Part shown: one piece after another, positions 20,681-29,062 of the stretch
How the letters are laid out: each line of letters starts with the position of its first letter
Numbering within the stretch: the first letter of the stretch is position 1
Source: an uncultured Acidobacteriota bacterium
GTDB taxonomy: Bacteria > Acidobacteriota > Thermoanaerobaculia > UBA5066
NCBI GenBank assembly: GCA_963779415.1
Contig: CAVZYA010000002.1
Span: 32,001 to 96,000, forward strand
Reading direction: 5' to 3'
Length of the DNA: 64,000 nt
The notes under the pieces: generated by a model
Told to the model about the DNA's origin: nothing
The model's database searches: none
Seen by the model: the letters and a program-made list of their open reading frames with translations, nothing else
Program-made: the position numbers and the translations under genes

Positions 20681-20869
20681 ATGGAACTCACCTTGACTCC
20701 CCCGGAAAGAGAACTCCTGGAAGGAATCCTCAAGGACGCGCTGGGAAGCCTGCGGGAAGAGGTCTACCACGCCGAAGAGGCGCGGTTCAAGGATGACCTG
20801 AAGGCCGACGAGGTCGTGCTGCGCCGCATTCTCGAAAAGCTCGCGCTCCCCGCGGTCAAGATCGCCTGA
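20681..20869 (+). CDS. Small helical hypothetical protein (62 aa)
   Basis: GGAGG RBS before ATG 20681; amphipathic helical sequence. Confidence 0.7.
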   Translation: MELTLTPPERELLEGILKDALGSLREEVYHAEEARFKDDLKADEVVLRRILEKLALPAVKIA

Positions 20870-21006
20870 GGCCGTCCCGCGGACGCGGCGCGGCTCGGGC
20901 CCTGATATCGTCGAGAGGGATCGACGGGAATGGACGAGACGTCGCGAGAGATCATCCGGCAGATGCTCGGGTCCCTCCGGTTTCCTCTCCGCGGCGAGGC
21001 ATTGCC

Positions 21007-21540
21007 GTGACCCGCTTCCCCGCCGCGCCGTGGCCGACCTTCCTCAAGCTGACCTCGTGGATCGCGACGGCCTTTCTCGCCGCCGCCAGCTACGTTCTCT
21101 TCCAGTCCATTCCCCAGGGGACGCGGGCCCCGTTCGCCGAGACGTTCGGAACGCTCATGGCCTTCGTCCCGTTTCTGATTGCCCTGATCGCCCTCCTTTT
21201 CGTCGTCACGGGCTATGAAGTGGACGGTGCGGAGCTTCGAGTCCAGCGTCTTCTCTGGAGCACCCGGGTGCCGTTGGAGGGCCTCTCGCGCGCCTGGCAC
21301 GACCCGGAGGCCCTGAAAGGCTCGATCCGGATCTTCGGGAACGGCGGACTCTACTCCGTGACGGGGCTGTTCCAGAGCCCCCGCCTCGGCCGGGACCGGG
21401 TTTTCGTCACGGACCCTGCGCGCGCGGTCGTGCTGAAGCTCCCGGCGCGGACGGTCGTGATCTCTCCCGCCGACCCCGCGGCGTTCCTCCAGGTCCTTCC
21501 CTCGCTGGCCCCCGGGGTCAGGACCGAAGCCGCCCCCTGA
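21007..21540 (+). CDS. Membrane protein with a bacterial PH-like domain
   Basis: Two TM segments, then LRVQR, RIFGNGGL..TG and VVISP.DP. Confidence 0.7.
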   Translation: MTRFPAAPWPTFLKLTSWIATAFLAAASYVLFQSIPQGTRAPFAETFGTLMAFVPFLIALIALLFVVTGYEVDGAELRVQRLLWSTRVPLEGLSRAWHDPEALKGSIRIFGNGGLYSVTGLFQSPRLGRDRVFVTDPARAVVLKLPARTVVISPADPAAFLQVLPSLAPGVRTEAAP

Positions 21541-21617
21541 CCCTCTCGTCTGGTTCATTCAGATCAGAGGCGACCTGGCGTTCCCAGGGGTAGATTCGCG
21601 CTTCGGAGGAGACGCCG

Positions 21618-23345
21618 ATGAAGTCCACCAGAGCGAAGCCCGGAGCCAGGAAGCCACCCGCCAGGAAGAAGTCTCCGGCGAAGCCAAGAGCCGCCAGGAG
21701 GCCCTCCGCTCCGAAGGACGGCTTCGTCTACGCGAACCCGTTCCCGCATGGTGAGGACACCGCGAAGTACCGGCTCGTGAGCCGGGAGCACGTGCGGCGC
21801 GGAACGTTCGCCGGAAAACCGGTCCTCGTCGTGGATCCCGAGGCTCTGACGGTGCTCGCGGCCACGGCGATGCGCGACGTGTCGTTTCTCCTCCGCCCGA
21901 AGCACCAGCGACAGGTGGCCGCGATCCTGAAGGACCCCGAAGCCTCGCCGAACGACCGGTTCATGGCGACGACGCTCCTCCGGAACGCCGTCGTCTCGTC
22001 GAAGTTCGAGCTTCCCTTCTGCCAGGACACGGGGACGGCGACCGTCGTCGCCTGGAAAGGCCAGCAGGTCTGGACCGGGGCCGACGACGCTGCGTTCCTC
22101 TCGAAGGGGATCTGGAAGACCTACACCGAGGAGAATCTTCGTTACTCGCAAACCGCGGCGCTCACGATGTACGACGAGGCCAACACCGGAAACAACCTTC
22201 CGGCGCAGATCGACATCTACGCGACCCCCGGCATGGAGTACAAGTTCCTCTTCGTGGCGAAAGGAGGGGGCTCGGCGAACAAGTCGTATCTCTTCCAGGA
22301 GACGAAAGCCCTCCTCAACCCGTCCAGCCTCGAAGCCTTCCTCGTCGAGAAGATGAAGAGCCTCGGCACCGCGGCCTGCCCGCCGTACCACATCGCGATC
22401 GTCGTCGGCGGGACGTCGGCCGAGGCGTGCCTGAAGAGCGTCAAGCTCGCCTCGACCGGCTACTACGACTCGCTCCCGACGACGGGCGACAAATCGGGAC
22501 GGGCGTTCCGCGACCCGGAGCTGGAGGCGAGGCTCCTCGAGAGAGCCCAGAAGCTCGGGTTCGGAGCCCAGTTCGGCGGCAAGTACTTCGCCCACGACGT
22601 CCGCGTCATGCGGCTCCCGCGGCACGGAGCCTCCTGCCCGGTCGGCCTCGGGGTCTCCTGCTCGGCCGACCGGAACGTCTTCGCGAAGATCGACGCAAAG
22701 GGGCTCTGGCTCGAGGAGCTGGAGCGGCATCCGGAGACGCTCCTTCCCGTCCAGACCGGCGCCAGGGAACATGCGGGGATCGTGAAGATCGACCTCAACA
22801 AGCCGATGAAGGAGATCCTCGCCGAGCTGTCGAAACACCCCGTTTCGACGCCGCTCGCCCTGACCGGGCGCCTCGTCGTGGCGCGCGACATCGCCCACGC
22901 AAAGCTGAAGGGGCGCCTCGACGCCGGGCAGGAGCTCCCGCAGTACTTCAAGGACCACCCGGTCTACTACGCAGGCCCCGCCAAGACGCCGAAGGGAAAG
23001 CCGTCGGGCTCGTTCGGCCCGACGACGGCCGGCCGGATGGACTCGTACGTCGACCTCTTCCAGTCGAAGGGGGGGTCGATGGTGATGATCGCCAAGGGGA
23101 ACCGGAGCCCGAAAGTAACCGAGGCGTGCAAGAAGTACGGCGGCTTCTACCTCGGGTCGCCGGGGGGTCCGGCCGCCCTTCTCGCGGAGGAGAACATCAA
23201 GAAGGTCGACGTCCTCGAGTACCCGGAACTCGGGATGGAGGCGATCTGGGCGATCGACGTCGTCGACTTCCCGGCTTTCATCCTCGTCGACGACAAGGGA
23301 AACGACTTCTTCCAGCAGCTGCCGCAGCTCCCGACGCTCCGCTGA
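21618..23345 (+). CDS. fumA: Fumarate hydratase class I (Fe-S), FumA/FumB type
   Basis: [29 protein letters not shown] and GPTTAGRMD; K/R/P/A-rich N-terminal extension. Confidence 0.93.
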   Translation: MKSTRAKPGARKPPARKKSPAKPRAARRPSAPKDGFVYANPFPHGEDTAKYRLVSREHVRRGTFAGKPVLVVDPEALTVLAATAMRDVSFLLRPKHQRQVAAILKDPEASPNDRFMATTLLRNAVVSSKFELPFCQDTGTATVVAWKGQQVWTGADDAAFLSKGIWKTYTEENLRYSQTAALTMYDEANTGNNLPAQIDIYATPGMEYKFLFVAKGGGSANKSYLFQETKALLNPSSLEAFLVEKMKSLGTAACPPYHIAIVVGGTSAEACLKSVKLASTGYYDSLPTTGDKSGRAFRDPELEARLLERAQKLGFGAQFGGKYFAHDVRVMRLPRHGASCPVGLGVSCSADRNVFAKIDAKGLWLEELERHPETLLPVQTGAREHAGIVKIDLNKPMKEILAELSKHPVSTPLALTGRLVVARDIAHAKLKGRLDAGQELPQYFKDHPVYYAGPAKTPKGKPSGSFGPTTAGRMDSYVDLFQSKGGSMVMIAKGNRSPKVTEACKKYGGFYLGSPGGPAALLAEENIKKVDVLEYPELGMEAIWAIDVVDFPAFILVDDKGNDFFQQLPQLPTLR

Positions 23346-23359
23346 CGGCCGGTTCCCGG

Positions 23360-26359
23360 CTACCTCTTCACCGGCCCGAGGTACTTGTCCAGCCAGTCGA
23401 GGCTTTCCCGGATCAGATCCCTGGCCGGCACCATGTGGCCGGACTCGTAGATGACCTGGCGCTTGTCCTTCTCGGGCGTCCCAAGGAGACGAAAGAGCGG
23501 AAGCTGCGACGACTCCACCGGAAAGAAGAAATCGTACCGGCCGTTCAAGAGGAGCGCGGGCGTCTTCATTCGCGTCACGAAGTTGATCTGGTCGACCTCC
23601 GGCAGTGTCCTCTGGAACTCCAGGCCGCCCACCCCGAGAATCGCGACCCGGACCCGGTTATCGACGGCGAGCAGGATCGGTGCGATCGCGCTCCCCCAGC
23701 TGAACCCGAAATAGCCCAGTTTCGCGGCGTCGACGTCTTTTCGCGATTCAAGATAATCGATCGACCGGCCGAAGTCCTTCGACCACGCGATCGTGTGATC
23801 GCGCCAGAGGGCGGTGGGCTCCGGCGTATCACCCTTCAACCCGTCCCTCCGTTCGTAGGTGCTCTTGTAGATGGGGAACATCAGAGCCCGGCCGCTCTTG
23901 GGGACGAAGTCCCAGATGAATGCCTGTGCGTCGTCGAACTTGTCCTCGAAGATGGCATTCGAGCCCGGAAAGTAGACGACCGTCTGGAAAGGCGGGGACG
24001 CGTTCTTCGGCAGATAGAGGTAGGCGATGACACGCTCATTGCCGTACGCCGCGTTGAAGCTGACCTTCTCCCGGGTCCAGTCCGGTGCGCTTAGCGTCTC
24101 CTCGACGCGCGCGTTCAGCTCTCCCTTGTCGTAGGCGTAGAGCCCCTTGTAGGCCCGGAAGACCTCGTCGGAGACCGGCTTCTCCTTCGCGTAATCCCGG
24201 AAAGCGGACTCGAGCTTGGCGGTCGCGGCCGGCGGTGGCGGCGAGGAGACCTTCACGCACCGGAATCCGAAGTTCGGCATTCGATCCCACGGTGACTGCG
24301 CGTCCTTGTCGACGAACATGTATTCCGGTTCGCCAAAGCCCCCGCCGAGGATGAATCGCTTTCCTCCCGTGCTCTCGTTCCAGCACCATTCCTTCACGTT
24401 TCCCGCCATGTCCGTCGTGCCGAAGCCGCTCAGGGCTCCCGGCTCTCCGACGGGTCGCGTCCCGCCGGACCGGAAGTTGCTCCCGGGAAGGATCAGGATT
24501 CCGTACCAGGGCTGCGCGGCCAGATTCCAGTGGTAGACGGTGGGGAGGCTCTTGCCCGCGAAAGCGGCATACGCCGCCGCCTCATACCAGCTGACGCCCG
24601 CGACCGGGTGCTTCTCCAGACCTTTCGGGAAGGCCCCGACCTCCCACGTTGCCGGGCCGGGGCGGCCGGTTGTGTCGCGAAAGACGGCGATCCCCTGTTC
24701 CCACGGGATCGTCCGCCCGTCCCGGACGAAGGGCTCCTTCCAGAATTCCCGGTTCTCATAGCCGCCCGCGTCGACGAACTTCCTGTACTCCTCGTTCGTG
24801 ACCTCGTGCCGGTCGATCAGGTAATCGTCGAGCTTGACCGGGGGAGCCTGATCGAGACCGGGCATGTAGAGCCCGACCTTCTCCTCCCCCGGCACCCGGA
24901 GCATCTCGGGGGGCAAGCTCGCGTCCGGGTCGAGGCGGAGTTTCCGCTTCAGGCCGCGCAGAGTGATCGTGTAACTGGCGCGAAAGCCCGGCTTCGAGAT
25001 CTTCCAGACGTAGTAGTCGCGGGGCACACGGACCTTACGAAGCGGCGTCTGTCCGAGGGATTCCCAGAGATCGGGGTTCCCGCGGTAGAGCCGGATCGAG
25101 ACGTCGGCGCCCGGCGGGTCGCTCTCGACGGAGCATTCGGATGTCGCGTCCCTCCAGAGCTTCTCGACCGCCGCGTCTCCCGGCAGGACGGCACGGACTT
25201 CCCGCAGCTTGGCGGCCGCCTGTGGGAACTCCCCCGCACTCACGAGGCGCGCAATCTCCGGCAGGGCCTCACGCGCGCGCCGCGTCCGCGCGGCGCGCCG
25301 CCACGTCACGGCGCTGAGCGCCACGGCGACGACGACGGCAACGACGAGGAGGATCCGGGATTTCCTCGAGAGTCCACCGGTCCGCGCCGGAGCCATCGCC
25401 GTCTGCTGGGCTCGCAGGGCTTCGAGGAGCTGCTCTGCGCTTGCAAACCGGCGGGACGGGTCCTTCTCGAGGAGCCTTCGGACGATCCGCTTGAGCTCTT
25501 CCGGGACCGGCTGCTGGCCAAAATTCCGCGGCTCGGCGTGGAGGATGGCGTCGGCCACGGCGACGGTCGTGCTCCCCTCGAACGGAAGCCGCCCCGTGAC
25601 CATCTCGTAGAGAACCACGCCGAACGAGAAGAGGTCGCTCCGGCGGTCGACCGCCTTGCCGAGGAGCTGTTCGGGCGACATGTAGCTCAGCGTGCCGAGG
25701 GTCGTCCCCTCCCGCGTCAGCGCTGCCGGCGCCGAGTCCGCGGAGCCGGACTCGGTACCGAGCCGCTTGGCGAGGCCGAAGTCGAGGACCTTCACCTGCC
25801 CCCGGGCCGTCAGCATCACGTTGCCGCTCTTGACGTCGCGGTGGAGGATGCCGGCTCGATGCGCTTCGGCGAGCGCGTCCACGACCTGGATCCCGATCGG
25901 AAGCGCCTCCGTCACGGGAAGAGGCCCCTTCGCGAGCGCCGCGTGAAGCGTCTGCCCCTCGACCAGCTCCATGACGATGAAGGTCTTCCCACCCGATTCG
26001 TACAGGTCGTGGACCGTGCAGATGTTCGGGTGATTCAGCGCGGAGGCAGCCATGGCCTCGCGCCGGAACCGCTCGCGCCTCTCGGCCTCCCCTCCGAAGG
26101 CCTCGGGCAGGACCTTCAGCGCCACCATCCGTCCCAGCCGGAGATCCCGGGCCCGGTAGACCTCGCCGAAGCCGCCCCGTCCGAGAAGCTCCAGAACCTC
26201 GAAGTGACCGACCGTCGTTCCGCTGATCGAGGACGAAGGACCCTGCCGCGCCGGCACCGCTCCGGGCGAGGGCGCCGCCGTCAGCTCCGCCGAGAGGTCT
26301 TCGGCACGACCTTGCTCCGGGCGCTTCCCGGCCCCCGGGTCCTCGGAACGTTCGGCCAT
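23360..26359 (-). CDS. Ser/Thr kinase - TM - FGE-sulfatase (CLec-fold) - alpha/beta hydrolase fusion
   Basis: GRGGFGEV, HRDVKSGN and DFG; one TM; HEVTN..Y, DMAGNVKEW and GFRC; GFSWG nucleophile elbow, NGRYD and ESGH. Confidence 0.9.
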   Translation of the reverse strand: MAERSEDPGAGKRPEQGRAEDLSAELTAAPSPGAVPARQGPSSSISGTTVGHFEVLELLGRGGFGEVYRARDLRLGRMVALKVLPEAFGGEAERRERFRREAMAASALNHPNICTVHDLYESGGKTFIVMELVEGQTLHAALAKGPLPVTEALPIGIQVVDALAEAHRAGILHRDVKSGNVMLTARGQVKVLDFGLAKRLGTESGSADSAPAALTREGTTLGTLSYMSPEQLLGKAVDRRSDLFSFGVVLYEMVTGRLPFEGSTTVAVADAILHAEPRNFGQQPVPEELKRIVRRLLEKDPSRRFASAEQLLEALRAQQTAMAPARTGGLSRKSRILLVVAVVVAVALSAVTWRRAARTRRAREALPEIARLVSAGEFPQAAAKLREVRAVLPGDAAVEKLWRDATSECSVESDPPGADVSIRLYRGNPDLWESLGQTPLRKVRVPRDYYVWKISKPGFRASYTITLRGLKRKLRLDPDASLPPEMLRVPGEEKVGLYMPGLDQAPPVKLDDYLIDRHEVTNEEYRKFVDAGGYENREFWKEPFVRDGRTIPWEQGIAVFRDTTGRPGPATWEVGAFPKGLEKHPVAGVSWYEAAAYAAFAGKSLPTVYHWNLAAQPWYGILILPGSNFRSGGTRPVGEPGALSGFGTTDMAGNVKEWCWNESTGGKRFILGGGFGEPEYMFVDKDAQSPWDRMPNFGFRCVKVSSPPPPAATAKLESAFRDYAKEKPVSDEVFRAYKGLYAYDKGELNARVEETLSAPDWTREKVSFNAAYGNERVIAYLYLPKNASPPFQTVVYFPGSNAIFEDKFDDAQAFIWDFVPKSGRALMFPIYKSTYERRDGLKGDTPEPTALWRDHTIAWSKDFGRSIDYLESRKDVDAAKLGYFGFSWGSAIAPILLAVDNRVRVAILGVGGLEFQRTLPEVDQINFVTRMKTPALLLNGRYDFFFPVESSQLPLFRLLGTPEKDKRQVIYESGHMVPARDLIRESLDWLDKYLGPVKR

Positions 26360-26481
26360 TTCGCTCGGGTTCTCGGCCTCTCGCGATTCTTCGTTGAGAC
26401 CGATTCTACTTCCTGGCGAGTAGACTCTCGGCCGTGACCGACAGAGGATACGACGAGGCGCGTCTCCACGAGGAGGCGAGG

Positions 26482-27549
26482 ATGCCAGCGGAGCCCCACG
26501 GCCGCGCCCAGGCCGAGACCGGGCCGACGCCGCTCGTCCGCCTGCGCCGAAGCGGGCTCTTTTTCGCCGTCTGTGCGCTCGCGGGCGGACTCGTCGGCTT
26601 CGGAGCCTCCGCGCTTCGGGCTCCGCGCTACCGGGCCACCGCGACGCTCCTCGTCGTGGAGCCGCGGGGCGCTCCCCCGGGCTCGGTCGACTACCAGCTC
26701 ACCCCGATCCGTTCCTACACGGCCCTTCTCGGGTCGCCCGCCCTCGCCGCCTCCTGCGCGGCCGGCGGACCACTCCCCCGCGTCAAGGTGCGGATGCCCG
26801 AGAGCACGCGCCTTCTCGAGATCTCGGCCGAAGGAGAGGACGCCGCCGCGGTCGCCACCTTCGCCGGTTGTCTCGCCACTCGCGCGGTGGAGGAGAACCG
26901 CCGTCTGAACGCCGATGTGGCGCGCCGGGGCGAGTCGCAGGTGGCCGCGGCCCTCGAGGCCGCGCGGACAGAAGTCGAGAAGCAGGCTCTGGAGCTCACC
27001 CGCCTGCGGATCGCCTCCCTCGTGGAGCTGAGGCACTCCCTCCTGAAAGCGGCTTTGAGCCAGATTGCGGCCGCCACGGACGAGGAGAGACTCGCCCGGC
27101 AGCGCGTCGAGGAGGAGGAGGCCCGGAGCAAGAGCTTCGAGGAGAGCACCAAAACGCAGCCCGATGCGAAAGAGATGGCCGAGGTGGGCGCCGCCAGAGC
27201 GCAGGCAGGCGCCGCGGCGGCCCGGGCGGCGGTCACTGCCGCGTCGAAAGCGCGCACCGCCGCCGAGGCCAGCGCCGCCCGGCTCGAACGCGAGATCATC
27301 TCTCGCGAGGAGGAGCTTCTCCAGCTCAAGCGCCGCGTCGAGGACACGGCCGCCGGCGTGACCGAACTCGAGAAGCGGGCGGCACTGGCACCGCTCGAAT
27401 CGGCCAGCAAGGCCTTCGACCTTCAACTCGTGGCGCCGCCTTCGCCCGTGGCGCCGCGTGTCGGCCCTTCTCCCCTGCTCGTGGCCGCGATCGGGGCGCT
27501 CGCCGCGGTCTTTCTCGGGGCGCTCGTCGTCCTCTCACGCTCCGAGTAG
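26482..27549 (+). CDS. Wzz/GumC-like polysaccharide chain-length / co-polymerase protein
   Basis: N-terminal TM with P.Y.ATATLLV, long coiled coil, P-rich motif and C-terminal TM; GAGGAGG RBS; alternative GTG start at 26434. Confidence 0.7.
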   Translation: MPAEPHGRAQAETGPTPLVRLRRSGLFFAVCALAGGLVGFGASALRAPRYRATATLLVVEPRGAPPGSVDYQLTPIRSYTALLGSPALAASCAAGGPLPRVKVRMPESTRLLEISAEGEDAAAVATFAGCLATRAVEENRRLNADVARRGESQVAAALEAARTEVEKQALELTRLRIASLVELRHSLLKAALSQIAAATDEERLARQRVEEEEARSKSFEESTKTQPDAKEMAEVGAARAQAGAAAARAAVTAASKARTAAEASAARLEREIISREEELLQLKRRVEDTAAGVTELEKRAALAPLESASKAFDLQLVAPPSPVAPRVGPSPLLVAAIGALAAVFLGALVVLSRSE

Positions 27550-27556
27550 GGGGAGC

Positions 27557-29062
27557 GTGGACCCGGCCCGCCCTCCCCGCCCCGCGCTCTACGTCTTCAT
27601 GGTGGCCGGCTCCGCGTGCGCCGCGCTGCTCGGGTTCGGGCGCGAGGCGACACTGGGGGCCCTGTTCGGGGCCAGCCGTGCCAGTGACGCCTTTTACGCC
27701 GCCCTCGCCATTCCGTTCACTCTGTCGTACTTCATCGTGGGGGGGGCGCTCGCCCCCGCGCTCACGGCCGCTCTCGCGGGGCGTCTGGAGGGGCGCGAGA
27801 CCGACGCGGCGCGCCTTCTCGTCCGGAACGCGCTCGCCGTGATCGGGGCCACAGGGGGCGCTCTGGCCCTCCTCCTCGGAATCGCGAGCGAAACGATCGC
27901 GCGGCTTCTCGTCCCGGGCTTCACGCCCGACCAGGCGCGGCTCACCGCGGTTCTCCTTTGCGAGCTTCTGCCCTACGGGCTCCTCACCGCCCTCGCGCTC
28001 CTCGCTGCCGCGGCGCTCAACGCGGCGGGAATCTACGAGACGCCGGTCGTGGCGGTCCTCGCGGCCAACGCCACGTCTTTCGCGCTGCTCCTCCTCTTCG
28101 GGCGAGCGACGGGAATCCACGCGGCGGCGTGGGCCCTCTCGGCCGGAAGTCTCCTCCACCTCCTGATCTCCCTGATTCGCCTCGTCGGGCTCGGTCTCCT
28201 TTCGCGCCCCGCCGGGCCCCACTCGCTGGCGTCCCTCCCCTGGCGTGATTCGGCCGTCCTCGGGCTCTCGCTCGGCCTGGCGGGAGCCGTGGACCTCGCC
28301 GAGCGTCTGTTCGCCTCGGCTGCCGGCGTCGGAGCGATCGCGCTTCTGGCTTTCGCGTCGAAGCTCATCCACCTGCCGATGCGGCTGTTCGCGGCTCCGC
28401 TGACGGCCGTGGCCTTCCCGCGTCTCGTGCGCGCCCGGCGGAAAGACGGTGCGCCGACGACACGCGAGTCGGACTCCACGGCACGGCTTCTCCTTCACCT
28501 TCTGCTCTACGCGGCCAGCGTCGCGGCGGGAGCCTCCGGACCGCTCGTGGCTCTCACGATGGGGCGGGGACGCTTCGACGCCGCTTCCGTCGACGCCCTC
28601 TCCCGATTGCTTCTCGTTCTCTCGCCGGCGATCGTCGCGATCGGATTCGTGGAGACCGGCTCGAAATACCTTCTCGCCGGCGGCCGCACGGGGGCGATCG
28701 CGTGGGCGCAGGCCGCGGGGCTCGGCAGCTACCTGCTCGCGGCGTCGCTTCTCACCCGTGAGGGGATCGTGGGCCTCGCGGCGGCGCGGGACATCGGATG
28801 GGGCGTGTCGGCGCTGGGCCTCATGCTGCCGCTTCTCCTCGCGCGTAAGGACCGACCCGCCGCCGGCAGCCTCCTCACGCCCTTTCTCGCCGCCATCGCA
28901 TCGGCGCTTCTGGCCGGGCTCGCCGTGCGCCATGCGCAGGGCGGCTCTCTGGTCCGCCTGGCCGTGGCCGCGCTCGCGGCTGCGGCCGCTTTCGCCCTCC
29001 TGACCTGGCTGGGACGCCTGGCGGCAACCGCAACGAAAGCTGCCCGTCCCGACGAAACGTGA
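27557..29062 (+). CDS. MurJ/MviN-like lipid-linked glycan flippase
   Basis: LLGFGRE...FGAS..SDAFYAA..IP, ER.FAS and GRGRFD; about 14 TM segments. Confidence 0.8.
   Translation: MDPARPPRPALYVFMVAGSACAALLGFGREATLGALFGASRASDAFYAALAIPFTLSYFIVGGALAPALTAALAGRLEGRETDAARLLVRNALAVIGATGGALALLLGIASETIARLLVPGFTPDQARLTAVLLCELLPYGLLTALALLAAAALNAAGIYETPVVAVLAANATSFALLLLFGRATGIHAAAWALSAGSLLHLLISLIRLVGLGLLSRPAGPHSLASLPWRDSAVLGLSLGLAGAVDLAERLFASAAGVGAIALLAFASKLIHLPMRLFAAPLTAVAFPRLVRARRKDGAPTTRESDSTARLLLHLLLYAASVAAGASGPLVALTMGRGRFDAASVDALSRLLLVLSPAIVAIGFVETGSKYLLAGGRTGAIAWAQAAGLGSYLLAASLLTREGIVGLAAARDIGWGVSALGLMLPLLLARKDRPAAGSLLTPFLAAIASALLAGLAVRHAQGGSLVRLAVAALAAAAAFALLTWLGRLAATATKAARPDET

Noticed and set aside
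23360-24900. FGE/CLec domain as a diversity-generating retroelement target
   Set aside because: No reverse transcriptase and no second copy differing at adenines (template repeat) were seen in the window; a remote DGR cannot be excluded
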